The position numbers and the translations under genes are program-made. Positions 1 to 12,869 of a stretch of 64,000 nucleotides of DNA are shown piece by piece. Where the stretch lies: contig NC_058373.1 of the NCBI RefSeq assembly GCF_018350175.1, positions 109,494,001 to 109,558,000 on the forward strand. The letters are read 5' to 3'. Each line of letters starts with the position of its first letter. Within the stretch, counting starts at the first letter, position 1. The DNA comes from Felis catus. Lineage: Eukaryota. The notes beneath the pieces are model-generated. The model did no database searches. It was not told where the DNA came from and worked only from the letters and a program-made list of their open reading frames with translations.

Positions 1-2129
1 AGTCCTCATTTTTGGCACAAGCTCCTTCCAGGCCTCGAATTCCCACTGAGAAAACTAGCAGGCATCTCCAGAGGCTTTGCTCTTAGTTGGACCAATGATG
101 TGATTATGTGTCCGGCCCCTTAGTTCCTGAAGACCAGTGAAGGGGCAGGTGAGAGTGAGCTGTCTAGCTACTGTCCGACCCAGCTCCTTCCTGCATTTCT
201 TTTATGGAGTATACCTCCCCGCCCACTTATATCTGTCAACCACCTGGTCCTGTGTCCACGTGACTTTCACTGGCAGGCTCATTTTGCTTCTGACCAATTA
301 GTGATGACTCAGGAGGACCATCATCTTATCTCTAATTCCCCTTTCAACCCTTGAGTCTTTAACCTGGTCTAGTAGAAACTGCAATTCCAACTACCCTTGG
401 TATCCTTGGCAATGTAGTAGTTTCAACTACTGAGTACCTATGGGTTCCAAGAGAAAGACATGATGTTGGTACCATACGAGAGCTTGGCAGGTGACCCCCT
501 GAGCTGTAAAAACAAATATCTGCATTATAAATGTGTCAGGGATACAAGAAAGTATATTAAATTAAAAATGTGTATTATCTTCACCTTTCCCCCGGTTCCT
601 GCCTCCACCCCCACTGCTATGGAAGAGAGAAAATACCTTTGACTGTTCAGCGTCCCTCCCCTCCAAAGCCCAAAGGAGAGTGCCAGGCAAACCCTGGGCT
701 TTCCTGTGTTGGCAGAAAGAAAAGTAAAGTATTTAAAGAAGGTGTGCTGGTAAAGAATGAGGATGGGGCAGATCTTCGAGGCTGTTGGTAGACTATGAAA
801 AATACTGAGAAGATGAATTTAGGATGTGGTGCTACAATTTTTTATTTAGAATCCCCCTTCGGTGTCTTTGTCTTTCACTTATGGTCAGAAAAGCATCAGC
901 AAACCGAGAATAAGAATTCAAAGCCTTAGATGGCCAATCTGCTGACCCAGGTACCCTGAGGCACCAAGCCTTGTACAAGGTTTCTTTCTAGCTTCGAGTG
1001 ACAGTGCAAATCACAAAGCCTGATGGTAGCCTCACTGAGTGCATCCCTCTACTATTTATGAACGTGTCCTTAACAGAAGTGGCTAGCATCCTTCAAAACT
1101 CCATTTTATTGTTAGATCGTTTGAGGAAAATTAGTTGGGGAAAAACATGTGAACGGGGACATCTAAGTGGTAGACGTTACCTTATACAAACTGAGAAAAT
1201 ACTTAACAAAAATTACAAGATGATCTCACAGACATTTATTGCAGAAAGCTTCCAAGAACTGCCTTATCTCCAATTGCCACACATACATCCTCTTTTGATC
1301 ATAACTAACCAGAAAGTATTAACATTTCTGGACAGTTGTTAACAGGTAAAAAATAAAACTGTAAAGAGCCCCTATTTTGTTGGGGATACTAGACTACAAT
1401 AAATGAAATAGAGGAAAAAACTCAAGCGCATAAAACTCTAGGCTTCTGAATAACAAAGAGGCAGACGAGTAAATATAATCTGGGGCAACAACCATGCACA
1501 AAAGTATAAAACAGAAGAATTGCTTAATGTTCTCCAAATTATCTAGTAATTCTTTGGTAGAGAAGTTATTGAGAGCAGAAACACACACTCTAACTGTTTG
1601 CTGGGCTGGTGTATTTCACTACACCTAGACATTGTCAGTAAAGGGCTGTATTTGGAACCAATTTACTGCCGTTGTCTTTACAGCTCATACACTTGCTGTG
1701 TTTTACAACTAATACATTTCAGCAGATCCCAGCATCCTTAAATGTACAATATTTTCTTGGTACCTTTGAAAAGCAAGGATAGAGCATTAGTGGCTCATCA
1801 TAATTCTCTGAAGATGATGAGGGGCTCCACAATATAGTTTATAACCTTCCGCTGCCACAGGGGTATCACAGGTGCCTTCTTGTAAAAATATGAGCTTGCT
1901 CCCACAGCCTAAAATAAATCCGCATAAGCCTAAGACAAAATCATAGAGTGAACCTGGAAGAAATGGTAGAATGTAAGTGACGGGAAACAACCCAGATGAC
2001 ATTTAATCTACTCCATATAGAACAGTGATAATCACAACAGGATGAAACTGTTAGGCACCCAAATGTCATTTTTTTCTGACTTACATGTTCATGGTAACAA
2101 AGTATGGAAAACATGAAGAGTCTTTTCTA

Positions 2130-2333
2130 TAAATATTTTTACAGATGCAATGCAGAATTTTACCTCCTCCTATCTAGACATTATATCCTCAATATTTTGT
2201 CTCATTTCTCCATATTCTTTAAAAGGTTGCATTGCCAGGTTGCTCCATAACTGAACTGAATCCCCAGTCAATGAACATTTAGATTGTTTCCAGCTGTTAG
2301 CAATTATAAAATCTTTGGTGATAAATTGTCATA

Positions 2334-2365
<32 letters not shown>

Positions 2366-2640
2366 TATTGTGCACAGATATGCTGGGGAGACACGCTGCA
2401 GAGGTAGACCCATGTTCAGGCTTTTGATCTATATTGACAAATGACTCACCAGAAAACATGAACCAACTTACATTTCTTCCATCAGTGTATGAGTGTCCAC
2501 ATCTCATGTATTCACCAATACTGGGTACCATTCCGTTCATCCTTGGCAGTCTGATAATCCAGAAATTGTATCTTGTTTAACTTGAATATTTCTCACTCCA
2601 ATATTTGTTGGCCCAGGTCTTTATTTCTTTTCTTTTGGAT
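2130..2640 (-). mobile_element. Old L1M-type fragment
   Basis: Degenerate ORF2 3' sequence (gaacatttagattgtttccag...accaacttacatt...catcagtgtatgag). Confidence 0.55.
2334..2362. repeat. (TG)n microsatellite
   Basis: Seen directly. Confidence 0.95.
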
Positions 2641-2695
2641 TAATTATTATTCTCATTGATTAGAATGTACCCTATGTATCAAAGATAACCTTCTC

Positions 2696-2922
2696 AGGGC
2701 GCCTGGGTGGCGCAGTCGGTTAAGCGTCCGACTTCAGCCAGGTCACGATCTCGCAGTCTGTGAGTTCGAGCCCCGCATCAGGCTCTGGGCTGATGGCTCA
2801 GAGCCTGGAGCCTGTTTCCGATTCTGTGTCTCCCTCTCTCTCTGCCCCTCCCCCGTTCATGCTCTGTCTCTCTCTGTCCCAAAAATAAATAAAACGTTGA
2901 AAAAAAAATTAAAAAAAAAAAA
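2696..2922 (+). mobile_element. Can-SINE (SINEC_Fc), young
   Basis: tRNA head, (CT)n, poly(A); TSD aaagataaccttctc. Confidence 0.95.
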
Positions 2923-2984
2923 AGATAACCTTCTCTAAACTTCATATATTGTGACCATTTTTTTCCCAGTACACTTACTTTTCT

Positions 2985-3211
2985 TTCTTTTTTTATTTTT
3001 TTTAAATGTTTATTTATTTTTGAGACAGAGAGAGACAGAGCATGAACGGGGGAGGAGCAGAGAGAGAGAGAGGGAGACACAGAATCCAAAGCAGGCTCCA
3101 GGCTCTGAGCGGTCAGCACAGAGCCCGACGCGGGGCTCGAACTCACAGACCGTGAGATCATGACCTGAGCCGAAGTTGGACGCTTAACTGACTGAGCCAC
3201 CCAGGCGCCCC
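2985..3211 (-). mobile_element. Can-SINE (SINEC_Fc)
   Basis: Reverse-complement SINE ending ccaggcgcccc. Confidence 0.93.
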
Positions 3212-3236
3212 TCTTTTTTTAAATTCAAATACATCA

Positions 3237-3345
3237 GAGGTGCCTGGCTGGCTCAGTTGGTAGAGCTTGCAACTCTTAATCTCAGGGTCATGAGTTCAAG
3301 CCCCACTTTTAGGTGTAGAAATTGCTCCAAAAAGAAACTTTTTAA
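3237..3345 (+). mobile_element. Short old Can-SINE
   Basis: tRNA-like A/B boxes with no CT tract. Confidence 0.8.
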
Positions 3346-3359
3346 AAAAATGTTTTTAA

Positions 3360-4260
3360 ACCCAGTATTGTTGTTGAGAAAGGAACACGCAGGTTTCAGG
3401 TCAAGACAGCATGCTGAAATAAAATTAAATATGTCAGTCATTTTCTTCATAGTGTTCTTCACGTGCTCTTTTATTTCCAAATAGTCACCAACTGTCTAAA
3501 CACAATATATTGAATACTTCATCTTTTTCCATTGCCACTTAGATCCTAACTCCTTGCACATGTAGCAACAGCTCTGTGGCTGAGATTCCTGTTCTGTTTC
3601 ATTCATTCTTATGCTGGCGTCATGCTTCTCTCAGAACTTTAAAATACATGTTAGGGGCGCCTGGGTGGCGCAGTCGGTTAAGCGTCCGACTTCAGCCAGG
3701 TCACGATCTCGCGTTCCGGGAGTTCGAGCCCCGCGTCAGGCTCTGGGCTGATGGCTCGGAGCCTGGAGCCTGTTTCCGATTCTGTGTCTCCCTCTCTCTC
3801 TGCCCCTCCCCCGTTCATGCTCTGTCTCTCTCTGTCCCAAAAATAAATAAAATAACGTTGAAAAAAATAATAAATAAAATAAAATACATGTTAACATGTA
3901 TTAATATGGCTATCCTGTCATTTTTTTAATTAGTTGCTATTCTCACTAGTTTAATTTTTTTGTATGACTACTGTAATCACTCTGTTGTGTTCCCAATTCA
4001 AAAATCCCATTGGAATCGCTTTAGGCTTATTAAATAGAGGATGCCTACACGTTATCTTTATAATACAGAGCTTCCCACCCAAATCCACGAGTGTTTCTCC
4101 ATTTCCATCTTTTAGGTAGCTCAACAGAGTGCTTTGTTCCAGAAAGGTCCTGCACATTACTAGGCAGTTTATAGTTTTTGCTGTTATTGTGGAAAGGATG
4201 TTTTCCATCATATTTTCTAACTAGTTATGGCTGGCACCTGATAGAATTTTTATGAGCCTA
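3360..4260 (-). mobile_element. Old L1M-type ORF2 fragment interrupted by a SINE
   Basis: Degenerate L1-like sequence (attcctgttctgtttcatt; tttttgctgttattgtggaaaggatgttttcc). Confidence 0.45.
3654..3882 (+). mobile_element. Can-SINE (SINEC_Fc), young
   Basis: TSD aaaatacatgtta. Confidence 0.95.
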
Positions 4261-4574
4261 ATAACTCTTTGAAAATTCTTGACAGGAACACACTATTCCA
4301 CTTTTATCGTCACCAGGTGTTTGCATTTCCAAAGTGACTACTTCTAGACAAGGAGGGGAGCATGCTGTTGCTACTTTCAAACTCCCTCCTTCCTGGATTG
4401 TGGGTCAGGTATGGCCAAAAAGATAATATCTGCCCAGCATTCTGTAAGTTTTACGTTTTTCCCACATATTACCTCACCTAATTTCACAACGCCCGTCTAA
4501 AGCGGATGGGATTCTCTACAGTAATCGAGTTATTAGTCTCATCTTAAAGATGAGGAAACAGAGGCTCAGATCTG

Positions 4575-4725
4575 AATCACTCTCCTGGAGAGCTGGTTTA
4601 AAATGCAGATATCTGGGTCCCACCTGGGACCTATTCCTCAAAATCCTAGGGGTGGGTGTGAAACCAGGGAATCTGTTTTTTTTTTTCACTAGCTCCCCCT
4701 GGTGGCTACTATGAGACATTTAGAT
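4575..4725. mobile_element. MER5-type MITE
   Basis: gaatcac...taaaatgcagatatctgggtcccac...gggaatctgtttt. Confidence 0.6.
4689..4708 (-). promoter_or_regulatory. CTCF core motif match
   Basis: Minus strand GCCACCAGGGGGAGCTAG. Confidence 0.55.
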
Positions 4726-5354
4726 CACGGAGTCAAAAGGCTAAAATTGAAAAGTTTCCTCCTCCATCTTAGGCATTTATTCTACCATACCTCAGTGGAA
4801 ACTTAATAATTGTGAGGGGGTTTTAGCAATTTATGAATAATCTGGTATTTTTTGAAGTATCTCTTTATATAGGGGATTCTGCAAAAGGCATGCTCTGGTT
4901 TGCCACCACAAGCCTGTGTGCAGGCTTCACTTATAATTCAGTCACTTCCTCTCAAAGTCTTAATTAAAAGACGGCTCCCCTGTACTCTGTGGCTAACGCC
5001 AAGCTGCCTGGCTACAATGGCTTCCACAGCCTTAGTGAACCTCGGGACGCCTTGGCAGTGGTCCTGCCCCAGTGGCCTAGAATCTGGCAATTCTGTAGCT
5101 AATGATGGTTGCCTGGAAAAGTGGCAGAGTGCCCCAAGCACAGATCCCACCCAGGGGACCCCCATTGCCAAGGCATCCTCTTACAACAGGTAGGCCAGCT
5201 CTCGTGCAGGACAACATTGCTGGTGACCCCATCTTGCTAATTAGTGTGTTGAAAAACTCATGGTGACTCTTTGGGAAATGCCAAAGATTCATCTGCAGAA
5301 AATAGGTGTCTCAGAGAAAACCTTCATTTTGGGATGAGTTTAATGCACTTTTCA

Positions 5355-5560
5355 GGGGCGCCTGGGTGGCTGAGTTGGTTAAGTGTCCAACTTCGGCTCA
5401 GGTCGTGATCTTATGGTTCACGGGTTTGAGCCCCACGTCAGGCTCTGTGCTGACAGCTCGGAGCCTGGAGTCTGCCTCTCTCTATGCCTCTCCCCCACTC
5501 ACATATTCTCTCTCTCTCTCTCTCTCAAAAATAAATAAACATTTCAATTTTTTTTAAATG
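5355..5560 (+). mobile_element. Can-SINE
   Basis: TSD taat(g/a)cacttttca. Confidence 0.9.
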
Positions 5561-5656
5561 GTAATAATACACTTTTCAGTTACCCAACCAATATTTATGG
5601 AGTTACATGGAAGGTCCATGCTAGACTCTGAGACGTGAGGATAAAGAATACACAAC

Positions 5657-5739
5657 GCTTTATTCAGCCCACTGAGCAAAAGAGCTTTATTCAGCCCACT
5701 GAGCAAAAGAGCTTTATTCAGCCCACTGAGCAAAAGAGC
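5657..5739. repeat. Perfect 3 x 27-bp tandem repeat (gctttattcagcccactgagcaaaaga)
   Basis: Units at 5657, 5684 and 5711, with no spacers. Confidence 0.97.
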
Positions 5740-7623
5740 ATGGAAAGAAGCTGAATGTTATTTGGGGGAGTCAAGAAAAAATTACGCAAGTGCGTTTATG
5801 ACTGTGGGAGGTTCCCAGACTGACAAGTGTGGGGAAAGCGTTCCAGAATTTCTTTTCCCAGAATTCCAGGGGGAAGAGTCTAAGCAAAGGCATCATGAGT
5901 GTTGGATCATTGGAGGGTAAGAAATAAAAGAGAGCTGGAATGGCAAGCCAGGGACAGACTACAGGGACTTTGTACACTCTTGGAAGGTGTTTGAAGTTTA
6001 TCTTGGAGCTGTTCAGGAGCCACAGCTGCGTGAACTCTGATGGCAGGAAGGGAAACCAGCAGATGAGCCTGGGAGAACCGGATGTGGATCAGGAGGCCAC
6101 TGACAAGGCTGGGAGTGAGGGACTGCACGGGAACAGCTACAAAACGGCTAAAGAGGCATCCCATTCCTGAGGTACCTAGCAGGTGGAATTGGCAGGATGT
6201 GGCGACCAAACGAATGCTGCGGAAAGAAAAGCGAGGCCGAGCAGGACTCTGAAATTCCAGGATGTGGACGTCATGGAATCACAGCTCTTTGAAATTCCTT
6301 GAAAACCCTTGATGGGAACACACCATTAATGTGAGCCTCCCCAGTCGGTTCCAAAAGCCCTGGAACTAAACAAGCTCTTCCCCCTCCTCCTCCTCCTTCT
6401 CTTCCGTCATCAAACAAGTACTGGCGGGGGCAGACCTTTCCGGAACACACACCCCAACCCAGAACCGAGGCAGCTTCATTCCCACAAGCTCTGTTCTCAA
6501 AAGTACTGTTATTTCAGAAGCCGTTTGTTCAGTGATGCCACCTGACATCTGCATAAGTCTTGCTCTACAAAATCATCCTGCTCACGCTCCCTTTTGCTCC
6601 TCAAACTTCCAAGAAGAAAATCGAGACTTCGGGAAGCTGCGGCTTGCTCGAGCTCCCCCAGAGTTCCTTCAGAGTGAGTTCACAGTTCCAACCAGTTCTT
6701 CTGCCTTCAAATCCAGGGCAGGTACAACCCGAAACAACTACAAACCAAATCCCCTTCATAATACCTAAATACCTAAAGGAGAAAGGAGTAGGACCGGAGA
6801 TGGGAGACGTATAGCGGATATGTGTTACCCTGTTCCAATGGAACTCTCATTATTGTAGGACATACCTGCAGACCTAACCCCCAAAAGAGCCCTCAGTTCA
6901 GAGTCCTAACAGATTCTCGGGAAGGCTGTTTGGTTTTCTGCACAGTCTATGTTCTGCAGGAACAACACCTCAGGCTTACACATCAAGTAAGAGACTTCCC
7001 CAGGCAACTTTTATTTCAGGGGGGACGGGAGGGAATGAGGGTGGGGAGAGTCTGCAACTCAGCAAACAAGAAGCATTCCTTGCAAAGAAGGGGGTAGAGC
7101 TGGCTGGGATAGGCCAGCGTAGATGTGTGAGAAAGGTTTCAAGCCACATGAAGAGAAATATATACGATGGAAGTTTGCAACCCACCAGGAAGGAATTCAC
7201 GACCAACTCATATTTAGGAAAATGTATTGTTTATTTCTAGTTTCATACAGTTTTCTAACTTATTTTAACTTGAAGGAAATCTCAGATGCTTCTGAGTTGG
7301 TCCCTTAAAAAATGAACATGCACACTTTGAGGCTTCAACCAGGTCACAAACGCACGTAAGCAGCGCCTGAGAGCAGCCAGTGGAGCTAGATAAATCACTG
7401 TCCCAGACACATTCTTCCAGAAAAGAAGAAGAGCAGGGGATGAGGGTCAGAAAAGTTCAGAGTGGGAAAGGTCAGTGGCTGATGCTGAAGGTGTCCAGTC
7501 AGCAAGCATGATGAGAGTCAGAATCGAGTTTTCATTTAAATCTCCCTTTCTTGCAGCCCCCTGGACACAAGACAAGCCATTGTGATGATTACCCCTAGCT
7601 ATGAACAGCTTAGAAAGAGTTTT

Positions 7624-8243
7624 GTTTTGTTTTTATTTTACATCCTAATTAGTTAGCATCTAGTGCAACAATGATTTCAGGAGTAGATTCCTTAATGCCC
7701 CTTACCCATTTAGCCCATCCCCCCTCCCACAACCCCTCCCATAACCCTCAGTTTGTTCTCCATATTTATGAGTCTCTTCTGTTTTGTCCCCCTCCCTGTT
7801 TTTAGATTATTTTTGTTTCCCTTCCCTTATGTTCATCTGTTTTGTCTCTTAAAGTCCTCATACAAGTGAAGTCATATGATTTTTGTCTTTCTCTAACTGA
7901 CTAATTTCACTTAGCATAGTACCCTCCAGTTCCATCCACATAGTTGCAAATGGCAAGATTTCATTCTTTTTGATTGCCGAGTAATACTCCATTGTATGTA
8001 ATACTCCATCTTCTTTACCCATTCATCCATTGATGGACATTTGGGCTCTTTCCATGCTTTGGCTATTGATGATAGTGCTGCTATCAACATGGGGGTGCAT
8101 GTGTCCCTTCGAAACAGCACACTTGTATCCCGTGGATAAATGCGTAGTAGTGCAATTGCTGGGTTGTAGGGTAGATCTATTTTTAGTTTTTTGAAGAACC
8201 TCCATACTGTTTTCCAGAGTGGCTGCACCAGCTTGCATTCCCA
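7624..8243 (-). mobile_element. 5'-truncated carnivore/felid L1 (ORF2 C-terminus plus 3' UTR), copy A
   Basis: QPLWKTVWRFFKKLKIDLPYNPAIALL ORF2 motif; TSD agaaagagtttt at 7612-7623 / 8244-8255. Confidence 0.93.
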
Positions 8244-9984
8244 AGAAAGAGTTTTTATACCCCTTTAGGGTAAACACAATTTGTTCATTTCCAGGTGATA
8301 GAGACCTACCGACTTGCCCCACATCTCACCAAGTGAGTCACAAAGTATGAACTTGAACTCAGACATGAGCAGAACTCCTCTGAAGCTTGGATATAAGGCC
8401 AAAAGCATGAAACTGTCCTTCTGCTGTCATGCCAGGACAGTGGTTAGCACCCTCCCCCCAGGCATTAATAATCCAGGGGAATGTACCTTTGTTTGATTCT
8501 GCTGTTAACTAAAAGTTGAGATGGTCTGAAGGTGCATGTTAACTTGTAAATCTTGTCACGTAGACATGCAAATAATTCCTGTTCAGTAGAAAAGAGAACA
8601 CCCCAGGTTATCTTTTCCATAGGACAACATCCAGTCTCCTAGTGAAGCTAGTCACCTCATGTCAACATTTTGCTTTTTAAGTACCTATAAATGTCAGCTC
8701 TTCAAAATGCTCCTTGTACAAGATTTATCATCTTACTAGTTCTCTCATCAATGAGTTAATAAAACTTTGACATATCTTCATCCTATATTTAGCTGAGAGC
8801 CATGTTTTTAACTTGCCTAAAATTCTGTTTCCTGCCATGTATATCCTCTAGTGTTTCTTCCTCTGAAACAGCACCTTTAAGGTATCACATCCACACACCT
8901 CTTCAGATCTGCCTCATCCTACCTCCTCCAAGAGAGCACGCTCAGCATGAGCGATGCAGAGAGCAGGGCATGTGCTGGGAAAGGAACGGAAGCTCCCTCC
9001 TGACCTGGAATTTTCACCATTCCAGTCCTTTGGATTCATCGTATATTCATCACATTGACTTCAAAAGACTGCTCTTGGCAGATGAGACCTTCCAGTCCAC
9101 CACGTAGCAGGGAGAGGGACGTTGGATCAGATTCCTAGTGCTGGGCTGGGCTGGCGGTTTGAGCTGGTTTACAGGGAATGGCCAACACTTCCTCATCCAT
9201 TCGGTGCCAGGAGGTGACTAAATGTCAAGAGGAGAAGGCTCAGAGCCTGCCTGGGTGAAGCTAGCCGACCCTCCAGAGAGCAAACCCCTGACTTAGACTT
9301 TATTAGCACCTCTTCCAGCTCACAAAATTAACCACTCCGATTTGCACAGAGGAACACAAGGCAGCAAAGAGTTTAATGGATTTGGAGAAGACAGCCTTCA
9401 TTTTACATACTTAACAGGTCACTGACAACTTTTCACACTCTACTGAGAGAACCATCTGAGCCCTTAGCAGGTCCTTTGACCCATTCTCTTGAAAGCCTCT
9501 CTAAGCTCAGTAAACAACTCTAATAGCTCCAAGAATAGAAGGTGGTCTGGGATTTTAGCCTGACTTGTCTGCCAGGCAGATTTGCTGGCTGCAGGCGCTT
9601 CCCAGCATTAGTGTCTTGCCAGAGAGCTTCTAGCCGCGCGCGGCTCTGCACATTTTGAAGGACTTTCTTTTGCCTGAGTCACCTCTGGTGCTCCATTCCT
9701 ATACCGTGTGTTAAGCATCTGTTGCATATACCAGCAACTGTGCTGTGTGTTCTGCAGGATGTGAAGCATGGAGAGTCTGTCCTCAAGGGTCTTCCGATCC
9801 AGTGGGAGATTCAAGACACAGATCTAAACAGCTATCATCTGGGGTAGAAAGTGACCAGTAATTCACAAATATCATGAAATTTTGTGCCAGTTAATATGCA
9901 CTGCGTATACAGTGGAGAGCAGCGCAGACTGGCTCTTGTCGTTACTAAAGGTTCAGGAAAGATCTGTCGAGGAGGGAAGGTAAC

Positions 9985-10200
9985 AATTGTGGAGCACTCA
10001 CTATGGGCCAGCCTGTGTACCAGGCATTTTCTCATTTAATTTGCTCTCTTTGGGAAGTGATGTTATTCCCATTTTTAACAAATGAGAAAAGAGAGGCTCA
10101 GAGATGTTAGGTGGCTTTCCGAAGGTCACTCGGATAGTGAATGGCAGAGACAGGTGTCGAACACAGAACCATCTGACTTAAAAGATCCTGCTCTTTCAAC
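9985..10200. mobile_element. MIR
   Basis: Core cccattttt...aatgagaaaagagaggctcagagatgttaggtggc. Confidence 0.7.
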
Positions 10201-10939
10201 CTCACTACATTTACTGTTAGCATTTTGGGGCATGTCTTCCTTCTGTGCTGTTGTGACTGATTTGTTTCCAAATCAAGGAACTTTGTAGGATACAGGATAG
10301 CAAGCAATAAGGCATCCACTACTACGTTGATATACGGACTCACAAAGCCATTTGCAATCTCCACAAGGCGTGATTAATGCTCGGATCTGTCCCTCGGTCT
10401 TCCCTAGAATCATCTGCGTGATCCACTCATCTTCCTTCCAATAGAATAGGAGAATAGGAGGGCAGAAAAGAGAGAATAACAGCGCCTTCCAGGGGCTCTG
10501 CCCCTTTCTTTAGGATTCTTTCTACCAGGGCTGACCAAACACACAGACTAGACAGTCCCTACACAGCAAAGCTGAAAGCCAACACGGCTTCCGCCCAAAA
10601 AATGCCACCCTCTCTCCTCCCACCACTTTGCCTTAACACAAGGAAATTATTTCAGTTCCTTCTCTTTCATTTTCTCTGGAGAAAAGAACTCTGGATTTCA
10701 TAGCTTAACAAAGCCTTCAGCAAAAATGTCTAAATTAGTGAGTCAGGACAGCCCTCCATGCTCACTCACTTATGGGGCCCCATCTCCCCCAGTGCACCCT
10801 GGGTAGCAGGTGAACCACCCCTTGCCCCTCCCCAGTGCACCCTGAGCAACTCTTGGCCATTCGTGGGACTCAGCTTAGACATGTCCTCCAGAAAGCCTTC
10901 TCTGATGAAGCTCCAGCAGAGAGGGTGCGTGGGGGTGTG

Positions 10940-10941
<2 letters not shown>

Positions 10942-10969
<28 letters not shown>
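10942..10969. repeat. (CA)n microsatellite
   Basis: Seen directly. Confidence 0.95.
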
Positions 10970-10970
<1 letters not shown>

Positions 10971-12258
10971 GCAGTAGGGCCCCCTGCATGTTCCCACACG
11001 CCACCAGCACCCACACACATGCACACATGCATAGTGATACAGTAATACCCCCGCTGTGTGCTCCCACACCCTTCCATGCTACCTCTGACATGGCATTTAC
11101 TACATTGAGCGGTGCCCAGGCTTTGCCACTAAACCCCTCCTCCCCAGGCCCCATGACAGGAGGAACTGTATCTGGTCTTTCCACACCCAACACTGAGCAT
11201 GGTCTAGGAACCCGATCAACCCTTGAGTGAGAGAAGGACAGACAGAAGGGAAAACTACGCCCAGACTCTCATTCCACAGTCCAACCTCACTGGGCTGGCA
11301 CTCACGCAGGCCTGGTACAAGTCCCTGCAGTCAAAGGTACCCAGAGAGAGAAGGGTGGGGCCTGAGGGAAAGCAGCCTGGAGGGAAACCCCAACAGCGCC
11401 CCCATGACAAAGGTCAGTGCCATTGCTTGGGAATATACGCAGGGCCCAAAGGGGCCATGAGGATAACTAGGCATCTGGGCCTCACTCCACAGATGGCTCT
11501 GGGCCTGGAGGTCGTGGGAGGCTCCGAGAGGGTCTCCAGAACAGCTGGCCCTGACCTGCATGTACTGGGCTCACCAGAGGCAGGAAATTCCATGTTGTAA
11601 TGGCTGGATTTGTTCCATTCATTCCTGATCCATGACTAGGTAGTGACTTGGTCATTAAAGAAACCATGTAGGCAGATTTCAGGAACATCTGACTGGGCTC
11701 CACGCATGCAGGAAGAGGAAAATATAACAGAACAAAGCTCTGGAAATATGAAAGGAAATAAAAATGTTTGAATGCCCCCTCTTCTGTCAGCATCGGCACC
11801 AGGGATGCATGGAACGGGGTTCACTGCTTAAAAACACAATTTGAAAGCTCATCGCAGTGGCTACAGCCATGTTATCAAGCTGAACCCATGTTGATCTGGG
11901 TAGATTAGAAAAATGGTTCCTGGGGTCTAGGGAGGCACCGCTTTTAAACAAGTGCTTTTCAAAGAATGAGCCATTGAGAAGTACTTAGCATACATGTAGT
12001 CCGGGAACCTGAAAACAAACAAAAGTAACAGCATAACAGAATCAGCAACTCTGAGCAGACTGGAGAATCCGGCCAGCCTCTATAGGAGATACAGTGATAA
12101 AGGTTGCTATGCAGTCTGTCTGTCTTTCCTATACAGCTAAGGGTAGAAAGAGCCAAAAAATCATCTTTCCCTGCATTTGCACATTTTTTGATCAAGTAGG
12201 GGGAAAAAATCACATTCTCCCACATACTTTACTTTCTTTTTCTAAAAAGAGATTAAAC

Positions 12259-12294
12259 GGGGGGGGGGGGGGGGGGGGGGGGGAGGGGGAGGGG
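12259..12294 (+). repeat. Poly-G tract (G25-A-G5-A-G4)
   Basis: Seen directly. Confidence 0.9.
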
Positions 12295-12634
12295 CTGGAA
12301 TTTAAATTGGCTCTTTTCATTCATCATGAGAATTGTATTGCTTTTGCATTGCATGTGTTCAATCTGAGTTGAGTTTCAAGATGAGACTTTATTTCATTTC
12401 CAGACATGTACAGAGTAGTGGGTGTCCCTATATCACTTCTCACTTTTGGCCACAATTGCTTGGCAAGGCAGTGAACCTGCTGGGTAAATCAAACTGCCCA
12501 CTTTTCCCTCTATATGCACCCTTTAGGTATGTGAAAGCGAACCCGTGCAACATCTCCTCTGGCAACTGAGGTTCAAAATCGTAATAAATCAGTTGGGCTA
12601 ACGCACTGGACTATTCAATTTAAAAACAAAACAA

Positions 12635-12851
12635 GGGGCGCCTGGGTGGCGCAGTTGGTTAAGCGTCCGACTTCAGCCAGGTCACGATCTCGCGGTCCGT
12701 GAGTTCGAGCCCCGCGTCAGGCTCTGGGCTGATGGCTCAGAGCCTGGAGCCTGTTTCCGATTCTGTGTCTCCCTCTCTCTCTGCCCCTCCCCCGTTCATG
12801 CTCTGTCTCTCTCTGTCCCAAAAATAAATAAACGTTGAAAAAAAAATATTT
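12635..12851 (+). mobile_element. Can-SINE (SINEC_Fc), young
   Basis: TSD taaaaacaaaacaa. Confidence 0.95.
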
Positions 12852-12869
12852 TAAAAACAAAACAAACCA

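Noticed and set aside
2778..3200. Recurrent ORFs such as MAQSVKRPTSAQVMISRS... and GAPGWRSRLSVRLQPGHDL...
   Set aside because: Translations of Can-SINEs, not genes.
3237..3345. tRNA-like sequences (also 57696-57815)
   Set aside because: tRNA-derived SINE heads with A-rich tails/TSDs; no intact cloverleaf evident.
5657..5739. 27-bp repeats as a CRISPR array
   Set aside because: No spacers, no cas genes, mammalian context.
7911..8228. L1 ORF2 peptides as active genes (also 32315-32770)
   Set aside because: Only C-terminal ORF2 fragments; no promoter, ORF1, endonuclease or RT domain.
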